From Basidiobolus meristosporus CBS 931.73 (lineage: Eukaryota > Fungi > Basidiobolomycota), in assembly GCA_002104905.1 (NCBI GenBank), contig MCFE01000188.1:62001-126000 (forward strand): 64,000 nucleotides of DNA, read 5' to 3'. Every line of letters begins with the position of its first letter. Position 1 is the first letter of the stretch. Both the position numbers and the translations under genes were made by a program. This document shows, piece after piece, positions 51,933 through 64,000 of the stretch. The notes under the pieces were generated by a model. The model searched no databases. It saw only the letters and a list, made by a program, of their open reading frames with translations, and was not told where the DNA came from.

Positions 51933-54759
51933 AGAACTGTCCTAGTGGATTTAAACTTGGCATCTGGAGCAAATGTTTTCTAGAGTCCAGTCCCCAGATC
52001 TGGGAATACCCATTAGCCACCAGTTGTGCCTTGTTCTTATCAACAGTGCCATCTGAGGTTATCTTGCTCTTGTAGACCTACCTACATCCTATTGGCTCTC
52101 TCCCATTCAGTATATCTAACAGTTCTAATGTTTTTGCCCTGATTAGTGATTGCCACTTCTCCGGCATGGCTTGTTGCTACATAGTACAACCTGGACTTTG
52201 CATTGCTTGTTCTAGATTCTGCTATGTGGTACATAAGGTAAGTGAAGCTTCTTCATGATCAGTGGATGTCTGCCAGCAGGATCTAGGGGCGTTTATCATT
52301 CTTGTAGATTTCCTAACTGGGATAATCCGCTCTTATCAGGATCTGGTAGCAGTATCTTCTCTATCTGGCTGAATAAAGCACATACCTTCTTCATAAGTGT
52401 TGATTGCTTCATCAGGCAGCTGGCCAATGATTTCAGCAGCTTTCTGTTCTAAATTCCCCATCATATGCTCTATACCCCTTAGTATCCTCATAATACCCAA
52501 GAAACATCCCTTTCCTACTCTTTGGTTCCAACTTTAAGTGTTTTTTGTCAGAGATATGATAAACAACACTACTGCCAAAGATTCTGAGGTGCTGGAGGCC
52601 TGGATTATTGCCTGTGTATGCTTCAAAGGGTGTAGAATTGGTAAGGGCTGATGTTGAGCATCTATTCTTGATGTTTACCACAGTAACAATGGATTCAGAG
52701 CAAAACCTGTAGTTTATTCCTTTATCATTTAGCATAGATTGTCCCATCTGTACTATTGTATTATTTGCTTATTCTACTACTCCACTTTGCTGTGGAGTAT
52801 ATGGATCTGAGGGCAGTCAAAGTATACTAGTGGATGAGCAGTATTCCCCTCCATGGCTATTTCAAAGTACTTTTAGTTTGCACCCAGTTTGAGTTTCTGT
52901 TATGTTCTTGAATTGCTTAAGCCTCTCTGAATCCTTTTCCATTATCTTGAAAAAGTATACCCATGCATATCTTGTCTTGTAATTAATATGCATCATTATG
53001 GATCTCTTGGCTCCAAGGGAAAGTGTTCTCATGGTTGGTGATGTCAATTCCTCCAGAGCTCCTGAAACAATGCCTAGCTTGCTCTCATATGAACATCCCT
53101 TACAGACACTCTATTTGACCAGAACTGAGTAGTTATGGCCCAAAAGAAGTGTATTATTTGCCAAATGGCAGCAATGTTAACATATTCAGGAACAATCATT
53201 ATGCACTGTAACTTGAATATATTGTAAAATCTGATTGCCAAAGCTATTTTTGTCCATCTTCACTCAATATTGAGCAACTCAGCCTAGCAAAAGCAAATTT
53301 TTGTCCCTGAGTAGTTGCTTCACTAACTGAGAGAAGTTTTTTAGCTACTCCATGCCCATGGAGTATGTCAGTCAGTTTTGCTGTTGTTGCTCTAGAGATA
53401 TCACTGATATTTAGCTGTATTGACTCACTGGCAGTAGCTTCCAGTGCAGAGTTGTCTTCCAGATAGACCTTTCTCATGGAACAGTCTTTAAGTTGCTAAA
53501 CTACTCCTTTATACCACTAGTATGCTGTGATGCCCCCAAGTCAATATACCAATCATTACTTTGATTACTTGCACTCTCTTGTACTTGCTGGCTCTAGGTT
53601 CTGTTTTTCATCTGCTTATTTCTTCTTACATTCCCTTGCCCAGTTTCCTGGCTTCCTAGAGTAGTAACAGTAACCAGGTTCTCTTTGGTTTTGTTGCTTT
53701 CCCTTCTTTTGTGTGCCTACTTAATCTGAATAAAGTATTATCTTTGATTATCTCTGCTTGATCATTACATCTAACTTCTTAACAGAGAAGCCTTCCTCTG
53801 ACATAGTCTAAAGCCAGATTGTCTTCTCTGCTTTTGGAAGAAAGTATGAGTGGCTCATACTTCTCTGGTAAGCTGCAAAGCAGATGGGGTATCTTTTCTT
53901 CATTATGTACACCAGCATTGATACTAAGAAGCTCTTCTGCAAGTGTCTCCACTGTAGTAATGAGTTGTAGAATGTCTTTGTCTGGCTTCCTACACATGTC
54001 AAACAACTTTTGTTTTAAATAAAGTTTGCTTAATACTTCCCTTGCTCAAGAGATCTTCTCTAAGGATTCTCATGCTGTTTTGGCAGTATTTGAAGCATGA
54101 ATTTGTTCAATGAAGGAATTTTCTTCATTGATGCATATGGCATTAAAGGCCTTTCTCTCCTTCTCATGAAACTTCTCCACTTCTGCTGCTGTTCATTTGG
54201 GCTCAATCTCTCTTCCTGTTACCATACTTCAAAGTTTTCTTTCCTTAACATGGATCTGAATCTTGATTTTCCAAAGTCTGTAATAATTCCTATCAATCCT
54301 CTCATTTATGGGGAAGATGTTAGTGTTATTCTGTTTGCTGGTGGAAGTCATATTTAGACAAGATTAAGGCAATGGGGTCATATTCTGTTGCAACTTGGGA
54401 AGTGATTTGGATATATAAAATCCATCAAGGAAGAGTGATAAAAGTTGAGCTATAGTTTATTTATGAAGAGGCTCAGTATTTATACCTTTGTAGAAGTAAT
54501 GCAACTGTAAATTAAGTAAGGAGGGTTTCTCAATATTCAGTAGCATACTGTAACAGCTTCCAGCTTAATGCAAAATGCTTGGTAAGAGTGTTAATTTGAT
54601 CTTGACTATTGGGGAATAATCATAGTGTTGTAGATCTGAAATGCTGTGGCAAAGTCAGGTCTTCAAATGCGTCCAGCAGTTACTAAGACTAGTCCACATT
54701 TGTTAGGTAAGCTTTTAGCTACTGAATGATTCCAAAAATTACAATATCTCAACAGTTAC

Positions 54760-55171
54760 TTTGATAAAATCTTGGAATTTCATTAGCTTCTTCAACATGC
54801 CTTGATTTTGACTCAAACTTTTGAATGTTCCTTTGCTATTTTTGTATCTTAGTGCAAGGCTTTTCTAGCTCATCAAGTGTTGCAAACTGTGCTTCTCTTT
54901 GGTACTCAGCCAAAGTAGCTTGTTGAGAAGTGCACCAGCTGTAGGTAGCACTAACAGATTTCTTTAATGGATCCTAACTTTGTGAGAATTTAATAACTTT
55001 AGCTTTACAGAGAAAAGGAAACAACTTGATTTTATTCTTGTGCATCAGCTCAATTGCTGCAGCTATATTGTTAAGTTCTTCTAGAAGCCCAATAATATTA
55101 TCTCCTGAGAATCTTATGGGAATAGCACCCTTCAAGGTGGCTATTAACTCTGGGAGAGGTGTATCAGGCAT
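54760..55171 (-). pseudogene. gag: Gypsy H gag N-terminal remnant
   Basis: IPIRFSGDNIIGLL...KIKLFPFLC resembles A gag APQFDGKNVESF...FPYYC; lies downstream of an LTR and a PBS-like TGGTGAAGGACCTGG (~55218-55232). Confidence 0.65.
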
Positions 55172-55238
55172 TCTTCTTATGCTTCATGATGCTTGTATAG
55201 TGATATGCTCAAACTATCCAGGTCCTTCACCAAATTCT

Positions 55239-55990
55239 TGTTTTGTTGCACTACAATAAATCTGGGCTTGTGCTGCAATGTAGTAACAAGTTTGTTGTAT
55301 AGAACAGCATCCAATGTTGCTAATACTGAAGTGGTTTAATAGTAGCATGATATGCCAATAAAAGATCCAACTTTGACTGATATTCTCAATCCTGGGCTCA
55401 AAATATACAGTAGGCAGTGTTTCCTATGTCCACAACATAGTACTGACCTTTGGCTATTATTGGCCCAACTAACATTTTTAGTAACTTTTACTTGTTTGGT
55501 AGTCCTTTTCCTCACTGTCCAGAGCAATTACATATCAGGGCATTCTGACCTCCTCCTAAACCTAAGGGGGCGTGGTAAAGGGGGCTTGAAAGGGGTGCCT
55601 AAAGGGGTGCCTAAAGAGTAAAGGGGCATCTTACAGTGGTCTCCAAAGTTGACCTTAAACTTAATGGATGCCTAAAGGGGCTTGTTTAGTGTAATGGGAT
55701 TGTTAATGGCTTTTCTAAGGGGGGCATTAGACAAAGGGGGTGTCTTTAGAGTGCAGGTGCTTCTTACAGGGGACTAAGAGGACTCTTCCAACAGAGAGGT
55801 GGTGGTCTTCTTACACAACTTAAATTGGATTCTTGTGTGCTTTGCAGTGTCTTTACTGATACAGTAGTAACCTAAGTCCAAATACTCAACAGTGCAAGTG
55901 ATGCAGTAGAAGTGTTGCAACTGGCAATCTTGTAATTGTAGTGTGGAGATTTGGGAAAGAGAGGCTCCATGTTATTTTTCTGCTGGGGAA
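55239..55990 (-). repeat. Gypsy H 5' LTR, U3 truncated
   Basis: Colinear with 60753-61380. Confidence 0.78.
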
Positions 55991-55999
55991 ATTGTGAAC

Positions 56000-56086
56000 T
56001 TGCAAAGCTGCAAAGCTTAAGAAAACCTAACTTTAGAAAAGAGTCTAATCTGCACACAGATGCTTCAGATTATACAATTGGTGGGG
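56000..56086 (+). pseudogene. Gypsy RNase H fragment
   Basis: LRKPNFRKESNLHTDASDYTIGG. Confidence 0.65.
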
Positions 56087-58588
56087 TGTTATGATATACT
56101 ACTTGAACATTTACATTAGAGCAGCTCTTAGTCAAATCATTTAATTATATTCTTAGCCTATCAGTATATCAATGTTACATATCAAATCAATAGTATTAGT
56201 CAGCAAATGAATCAGTAGATCCTTATCAGACTGAAATAGATATATCAAGTAGGATCCAATTGGGTGATGATGATGCAATCAAATGAGTCATCAGCCACAA
56301 ACTACATTACAAAATACAATTAGTCAGCAATTGATCTAGCAAAATGTATATAAGGAGCTGCTGGAACCTCAATAAAAATCAGTTCAAGTTTTGGTGAATA
56401 CAATACTAGCTAAACTCACTATTATTCTACAACTCTTATATCAAGACTTGTAACATTGGTAGCAGCATTAATCAGAAACCTCCCATCTAAAGAAAGAAGA
56501 AGCCTCCCTCAAGATGTCCAAAAATCAAGATGGAAGAATGCTATGCTGCAAATCCTGGCCCAACAGCAACAGCTACTCCAGATCCTTAGCCAGCAGCAAC
56601 AAGGAATGACTACCATGGTCCAAAGCCAGCAAACCCTGTCAAGAGCAACTTTAGTGTGAAGGTCAACTGGTACAGTGGTGGAGTCAATGCAAACCTGGGA
56701 GCTGGGCTCTTCCCAATTGAAGAAGCATTGAAGGCTAAGGGAATTGCTCCAGAAATCAAGTTATAATATGCAGCCTCTTACCTGGCAGATGCAGCTTTAC
56801 AGTGGTACCGCAAGAAGATCAGGCCAGCCACCATGATGGGATGCTCTACAATTTCTACCTGGGATGAGTTTGTGTTGGAAATTCAGGATGCTTTTAAACC
56901 TCCACACTAGCAGATATTACTAAGAAGAAAGTTGAAGACACTCAGACAGAGAGGAATGGTTCAAGAGTACATCTATGAATATAGATCTCTACTTGGACAA
57001 ATTGAAAGAATGGACCTCCTGGATCAAGTGGAATACATTATTGATGTGTTGAAAGAAAGAACTCACAACAAAGTGAATTATCAAAGACCCCTGACTACTG
57101 AAGAAGCTATAAAGATTGTAATTTGACTATGACTCAGCTATGTTTGGAGCTGGGAAGCCCACAATGACTAATCAGTGAGGCTACAATCATTATGAAAGAA
57201 GACAATCAGAAGCAGTGCCAATGGAAATAGATGCTATGCAGAAGAATCCTACCTTAAGGGTATTTAAGAAAGGACTTTGCTTCAATTGCCACCAGCAGGG
57301 ACATATTGCAAAGTACTGCCCTCAGAGAAGAAATGGACACCAGTCATCAAGAACCTTCAACCATATTGAAGCCCTTGAGCATATTAGCATGGTGGATGAG
57401 CTTGAAAACAACTCAGAACTCACCTTCCATGTGACAGTAGAATACTTATCACAGATGACCTCAAGCTCAGGAAAGCTATTATATTTGAATGGAGTAATCA
57501 ATGGAGTACCTGCCAAGATCATGATTGACTTTGGAGCATCACATGAGTACATGTCAGAGCAATTTGCTCTGAAAGCTGGAATCAACTTGGAACCCACCAA
57601 ATCAACTTTAGTCTCAACAGCTGATGGGAACTCTCAGATAATCAACCATATTACTCAGCCAATAAGGATGAAGATCAATGACTATGAAGAAGCCTACAGG
57701 CCTAAATATATGGGAAGTGCAAGTTTGACCTTGTTCTTGGAAATACCTGGCTATTTTGCTGTAATCCCTCAATCAACTGGAGAACCCATGCTACTCAGAT
57801 CCAGAAGGACTACAAGACCTATGAGCGGTTACCTGCCAGACTGGATTTCCACTTGGTCAATTCCAATGTGTGTGAAACAAGTGAACTTACCAAACACAAT
57901 ATTTACAGCACTTAGAAAAGGCACCCAGATGTTCCTAATGGCAGTATTACAGGAGGATTCCTCTACTCCAGTACCCCAGAAGGTCCAGACTCTTTTGAAG
58001 GAAAATTCAGACATATATCTACATGAACTGGTAAGCCTACCACCAGTCAGAGATGTGGATCATACCATTGACGCTGTAGATAGCCCTTCAGTGAGTATGA
58101 CACCTTACAGAATGCATCCATTGGAATTGGAAGAGATGAAGAGACAAATATATCTGTTATTGGAGCAAGGATATATTGCACCCAGCAAGTCACCTTGAGG
58201 AGCACCAGTACTCTTTGAGACAAAGAAGGATGGAACACTTAGGATATGCATTGACTACAGTGCCCTCAATTCAGTTACCATGAAGAGTAAGTACCCCATA
58301 CCTTGGATTGATGAGCTTTTAGACTAACTCAGTTGAGCCACTATATTCAGCAAGATTGACCTCATCTCAGGATACAACCAGATTAGGGTGAAGCCAGAAG
58401 ACATCCCCAAGACAGCATTCAGGACCAGATGTGGACATTGCAAGTACTTAGTCATGAGTTTTGGCCTCACCAATGCTCCTGCAATGTTCATGACCCTGAT
58501 AAAGACTGTCTTCCTGGAGTACTTAGACACGTTTGTGATAATCTACCTAGATGACATATTGATATAGAGCAAGACAGAAGAGGAACAC
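56087..58588 (+). mobile_element. Ty3/gypsy (family I) 5' half: LTR 56087-56455, PBS-like TGGTAGCAGC, decayed gag-PR-RT
   Basis: TGTTATG...TGTAACA LTR; TWDEF gag motif, [66 protein letters not shown]; truncated by a copia F LTR. Confidence 0.88.
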
Positions 58589-61500
58589 TGTTGAAATATT
58601 GGACTATTTGGTATCAATCAGCAGCTAAATATTTACTTAGCAGTTCTAGACAAGTCTTAGCCACTGTAGGACTCATTTACTGCCTTAACTTTGCCACTTT
58701 CTCCAGATATATGAACTTATGATTATTCCCCTATAGTCAGGATCAAATTAGCACTATTACCAAACATTATGTACTAACCCTGAAACTGTTACAGAATGCT
58801 CCTGAATATTGAGAAACCCTCCCTACTTAGTGTTACAGCTGTATTACTTCTACAAAGGTATAAATACTGAGCTTCTTTATGAATAAACAACAGTTCAACT
58901 ATTATCACTATTTCTTGATAAGTTCCTTATATCCAAATCACTTCTTAAATTGCAACAGGTTATGGGCCCCAATTGCCTTAATCTATTCTGAAGATGACTT
59001 CTACCAGCACACAAAGCAATGCCAAGATCTTCCCTGTAAAGGAGAGGTTTGATGGGAAGAACCACAGACTTTGGAGAATCAAGATGCAGATCCACCTTGA
59101 GGAAGGAAAGCTTTGGAACATAGTAACAGGAAAGGAAGTTGAGTCCAAAGGAATAGCAGAAGATGTGGAGAAGTTTCAAGAGAAGGAGAGAAAGGCCTTC
59201 AATGCCATATGCATCTATGTGTAAGACTCCTTCATTGGACAAATTCATGCCTCAAATACTGCCAAAGCAGCATGGGAATCCTTAGAGAAGATCTTTAGTG
59301 CAAAGTCAGTATCAAACAAGCTTTATTTGAAACAAAAGTTCTTCAACATGAGGAAGAAGCCAGATTATGACATGCTACAACTCATTACCAGAATGGAGAC
59401 ACTTGCAGAAGAACTTTACAGTATTCATGCTGGTGTAGATGATGAAGAAAAGATACTCTGTCTGCTTTGCAGCCTACCAGACAAGTATGAGCCACTCATA
59501 CTTTCTTTTGAAAGCAGAGAAGACAACTTGACTTTAGACTATGTCAAAGGACAACTTCTCCATGAAGAACTCAGATGTAATGGTCAAGCAGAGAAAATTG
59601 AAGATAATGCTTTATTCAGTTCAGAAAGGCACACAGAAAAGAAGGGAAATCAACAAAGCCAAAGAAAACCTGGCTGCTGTAACCACTGTAAAAAGCCAGG
59701 ACACTGAGCAAGACAATGCAAGTAGAAACAAGCAGACAAAAAACAGAAACTAGAGCAGGCACACCATATAACTACTGATGAGCAGTTATTTGTAACTGTA
59801 CAAGAGAGTGCAAGTAACCAAAGTAATGAATGGTGTATTGACTCTGGAGCATCACAGCATATTTGTGGTGTAAAGGATTGGTTCAGCAACTTAAAGACTA
59901 TTCCTGTACGAAAGGTTTATCTGGGAGATAACACTGCATTGGAAGCTACCACCAGTGGGTCTATACAACTAAATATGAGTGATAACTTGGGGGCAACAAC
60001 AGCAAAACTGACTGACGTACTCTAAGTACCTGGAATAGCTAAGAACCTACTCTCAGTCAGTAAAGCAACTACTCAGGGACTGAAATTTGTTTTTACTAAG
60101 CTGAGCTGCTCAATATTGAGTGAAAATGGACAAAAATTAGCTTTAGGAATCAGAGTTCACAGTATATACAAGTTACAATGCTAGATCATTGTACCTGAGT
60201 ATATCAACATTGCTGGAACTGATGAAACCATCTGGGAGACGTGGCATAGGAGGCTACGACACATAGGGGAACAGAAAATGAGCCAATTGGTGAAAAATCA
60301 GCTTGTTTTGGGCCTAAAATACTCAATTCCAATCAAATTGAATGTTTGTAAGGGATATTTATATGGCAAACAAGCTAGGCAACGTCTCAAGAGCTCAGAA
60401 TGCATCAATACCACCGAAATATTGGCTATTGTACACTCAGACATATGTGGCCCCATGAGAACACTGTCCTTTGGAGCCAAGAGATACTTTATGACTTTTA
60501 TTGATGAAAAGACAAGATATACATGGATGTACTTTCTCAAAACAAAGGATGAAGCTTTAGAGACATTTAAGACTTCAAGAACATGGCAGAAAGACAGACT
60601 AGGTGTAAATTGAAGGTACTACAAAGTGACAATGGAGGAGAATACTGCTCAATGGAGTTTTCAAAATACTGCTTGTCTACTGGTATACTTCAACAGACCA
60701 CAGTTCCTCATACTCCACAGCAAAATGGAGTAGCAGAACATGCAAATAGAACTGTTGTGTTGTATTATGATTAGTTTGGGGCTTGTTCTACAATGTAGAG
60801 GCTAATCAACAATATACAACAACTTCCAGTATGCTAATACTGAAATAGTTTATTGAGAGTTTGATATACCAATAGAAGATATAACTTTCACTAATTTCCT
60901 CAATCTTGGGCTCAAAATATACTGTAGGCAGTGTTTATCACTTCTACAGCAGTGTTCTGACCTTCTGTCAACTAATGGGCTTATTTACTTTTATAGTAAC
61001 TTTTCCTTATTTGGAAGTCACTTTCCTTTCTGAGAAAATATTTCCTAATATGGAAATTCTGAACTCCCCTTTAACCTAAAGGGGTGTGTTGTAGAAGTCT
61101 CTAAAGGGGTCTTTAGACCTAAAGGGGTGTCTAAAGGGGTGTCTTTAGAGTAAAGGGGTTTCTTAGAGGGGACTTTTCCAACAGAAAAGTGGTAGTTTCT
61201 TGTAGAACTTAGATTGGATTCTTGTGAGCTTTGCAGTCTCTTTACTGATGTAGTACTGATCAAAGTCAGAATACTCAACAGTGCAAGTGATGCAGGGGAA
61301 GTCTTATAACCTTTAAACTTGTAATTGTAGTGTGGAGATTCTGGAAAGAGAGGCTCTCCCTTTATTTTTCAGCTGGGGAAGTCATATATATGAAAATTTT
61401 GAAGGATCAAAGTTTTTGGGCGATTGCGCAAGCAATACACGTGATACGAAGCTAAAATTTTGCAGTGGCGCAGATCGGACATAGGCGCAGCACCTGTGAA

Positions 61501-62480
61501 AATTTCATGTGATTTGATTGGCTAGTTCAAAAGTGACACGCGATCAAAGTCACCATAGTAATTCTAGCAATAAGGCATAGTATATATAATAGTTGGACTC
61601 TTTTAGTCATAACTCCTTAAGTGCTGCTTCAAATGAGCTGTAATTTGAAACATGTGTTGGCTACTACGTGTTCTGTATGACATAATATTCTTGGGTGGAT
61701 TGTATGTCAGGGTCTGGAGCATTTGCTCTTCAAAGTTGGAAATTCTTGATCTTTCTCTTGTGTGTTACAATAGCAAAAAGCAAAATAAAGAAATGAGTGC
61801 AATATAGGTTTAGAGATATTGTAGTAATGGAATACTTTCCATTACCACAGAACAATAGTAGAGATGGGAAGATCTATGCTACATGATAAGGGAATGGACT
61901 ACAAGTTTTGGGCTGAATCTGTTGCTACTGCTGTATACATTGAGAACAGATCCCCAACAACAGCACTATGTGATTCTTAACCCTTTGAAGCATATACAGG
62001 CTAAAAACCAGATCTCCAGCATCTCAAGATCTTTGCCAGTGATGTTTTTTATCACATCCCTGACAAAAAACGCTCAAAGTTGGAACCAAAGAGTAGGAAA
62101 CGGATCTTCCTTGGCTATTTTGAAGATACTAAAGGGTACAGAGTGTATGATGGCAAAATTCAGAAGCTGATCAAGAGCAGGGACATTGTATTTGAGGAGA
62201 ACAGATCAGAAAGCCACAGAAATCATTGGCCAGCTGCCTGATGATGCAATTAACACTAATGAAGAAGATACGTACCAAATCCAGCTAGATATGGAAGAAA
62301 CTTCTACCAGTTCCAGATCAGAACAGATTATCTCAGTTAGGAGATCTACCAGAATAAGAAATGCTCCTGGATCCTGGTGGCAGACATCCAATGATCATGA
62401 AGAAGCTTATCTTGCCTTATGTACTGAACCTCAGAATCTGGAACAGGCAATGCAAAGTCCAGATGCCACTAAGTGGCAAC
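58589..62480 (+). mobile_element. Copia F 5' two-thirds, decayed, interrupted by solo LTR H
   Basis: LTR 58589-58957, PBS GGTTATGGGCCC; colinear with ~47616-50040; resumes exactly after the insertion at 61850. Confidence 0.93.
60753..61849 (-). repeat. Solo gypsy-type LTR (family H, 1097 bp)
   Basis: TGTTGTG...TACCACA with TSD GAAC (60749-52, 61850-53); the flanks rejoin to the F integrase ANRTIV; TATA-like CATATATATG at 61383-92. Confidence 0.88.
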
Positions 62481-63065
62481 AGAGGAGCAAACTTTATGGC
62501 AAAGACATTGGAAGCTTACCTGGAAATGCAGCACATTAGACATGTAAAAACCTTGGCATATCACCCTAAAACCAATGGAGTCACTGAGCAATTTAATGGG
62601 TTATTTGGAAAAATGCAACCATATATGCAAATGGAGTTGTCAGAGGATGGGATGAGTATATAGACCAATCACTCTTTGCATGCAGAGTTAGAGTACACAA
62701 CACCACCCAACAATTGCCATTTTACTTAGTGTATGGATGTGAACCAAGGATTCCAGGAGTTTTCACACAACCAAAGCTTACAGATGCCTTAGTATATGAG
62801 CTCAGGTAGCCACGTAGACACCAGCAGCTGGAACAAAGATGTCAAGAGGCACAGGCCAAAGTATCTCAAAGTGCAGAATAGATGAAGCAGAGATTTGATA
62901 AGACTATATCACCAGAATCATTGACGGCTGTAAACTTTGAATTGCTGAGAAACAATACTTGGAAGAAGCTTGAGCCCCAATGGATGGGACCTTTTAAGAT
63001 CATCAGAGAATGTCTATTTGCTACTTACTAACTAGTGGACGAGCTAGGGAATATCCAGGAGGAGC
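62480..63065 (+). pseudogene. Gypsy integrase C-half fragment
   Basis: RGANF...YHPKTNGVTEQFNG, WDEY, PFYLVYG, KLEPQWMGPFKI. Confidence 0.82.
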
Positions 63066-63071
63066 CAGATA

Positions 63072-63861
63072 ACTGATATATTTTGAGCCTATCTCCTCTA
63101 ACTACAGTACCACAAATGAGCCCAGTCAAATCCCTACATGCAATGAGACAACACCCGTTGAAACAAATGCCAAGGATACTTTATGGAGCCAAGTGAGCCC
63201 AGTAATCCATCTACTGGTGAATGATGTAATGTTGTAGCTAGAGAAGTGGTGTGTTTCCACTAATATCAGTAATGGGGGATTTGAGGATTTATTACTACTT
63301 CTTGCCAAAATCATTCCAAGATGTGACTTACCATGTACACAGTACAAGTTGACAACCATCATGTGGCTGGCAACATATGATCCAGAGACTGCCTTGATTC
63401 CAGCATTTGTTAACAGTTGCATGGCATTCACATCCAAAAATGCCACCATTGCAGTGTGTCCAGATTATCAGGAATCCTCCACCATTGAGGGAAAGCCTTT
63501 TTTACACTCTATAAATATTCCAGTAATACCCTATCTAAAAAAGCTAATGTAGTCCAACAAATATTGCAAAGCTATACAGTACTGCGCTGAGCATCAATCA
63601 AGCACAAGCATATCCAATAAATTTAATGGCATATATTACAAACAGCTAAGAAGCAAGGGCTACTTTGAAGGTATGTATGACCATGCCTTTGCCATAGCAC
63701 TTGATAGATTCTCATTAAACAAGTACGCTACCAGTAAATCTTGATGGCCACTGATTCTCATCAATCTGATATACAAATGCAAAAACTGGATGAATTGAAT
63801 ATGTACTTATTCAAGTGGTATTCTGAAGCCATGCCTACCAAGAGTACATTGGAAGCACCGG
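63072..63861 (+). pseudogene. CMC transposase fragment
   Basis: Reverse complement of ~23370-24088, then jumps to the HWKH region. Confidence 0.87.
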
Positions 63862-64000
63862 TGTGGTAGGGTAAACATACCTCCTACAGACAAGTTTATT
63901 CATATAGTCATTATGATATACTTATCCATATTTTATCTTATCAGTATTATCCCATTCTTCTTTTGCCCATATTATCAGTATTATCCCCATATGATGTTTA
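63862..64000 (+). repeat. Family J LTR, running off the window end
   Basis: TGTGGTAGGGTAAACATACC matches 11587. Confidence 0.88.

Larger units (their letters stand above)
46438..54754 (-). mobile_element. Older decayed full-length copia F copy, split by the young F insertion
   Basis: 5' LTR 54386-54754; gag/IN/RT remnants 54350-51938; RT/RH continues 47241-46800; 3' LTR ~46438-46789 with PPT GAGGAGGAG. Confidence 0.85.

Noticed and set aside
55560-61165. CRISPR-like or satellite arrays
   Set aside because: These are short degenerate G-rich repeats inside LTRs, with no repeat-spacer structure and no cas genes.
60753-61849. Family H as the 5' part of the DDE_Tnp_4 transposon
   Set aside because: It has TG..CA ends with a TSD, and another copy is followed by a PBS and gag, so it is an LTR; its contact with the DDE fragment at 37920 is a nesting junction.
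507-63861. CpG-targeted integration of the 4-bp-TSD gypsy lineage (ACGT; CCGG before 63862)
   Set aside because: The other two sites (CCAT, GAAC) lack CpG, and the CCGG site cannot be confirmed because its other end is outside the window.
1-64000. Many 60-140-aa ORFs in the six-frame track
   Set aside because: They are antisense or alternate-frame shadows of TE genes, or pieces of the pseudogenes listed above; none supports a host gene.

Overview
This 64-kb window is eukaryotic repeat DNA, most likely fungal heterochromatin. It is almost entirely nested transposable elements; I found no recognisable host gene, rRNA, tRNA or CRISPR array. (1) A young full-length Ty3/gypsy element (511-7702, minus; ~1080-bp LTRs, 4-bp TSD) has a single Gag-Pol frame broken only by three in-frame stops and sits inside the integrase of an older gypsy. 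(2) Two Ty1/copia families use GGTTATG(A/G)GCCC primer sites: family C (16656-21337, decayed) and family F (47247-51932, one 1325-aa ORF whose RT YVDD reads YVDN), plus many fragments and solo LTRs. (3) A CMC/EnSpm (CACTA-type) DNA transposon family occurs as about ten copies or fragments. One complete copy (16550-27034) has CCCTA termini, a perfect 4-bp TSD, and a transposase divergent from an unrecognised second gene. (4) Two decayed copies of a DDE_Tnp_4-type (PIF/Harbinger/ISL2EU-like) two-gene element form a large interrupted palindrome (~37.4-46.4 kb). (5) Further gypsy LTR families and fragments fill the rest. CpG is strongly depleted and many inactivating lesions are C->T / G->A. All alignments and counts were done by eye; boundaries without a TSD are approximate, and family letters are my own labels.
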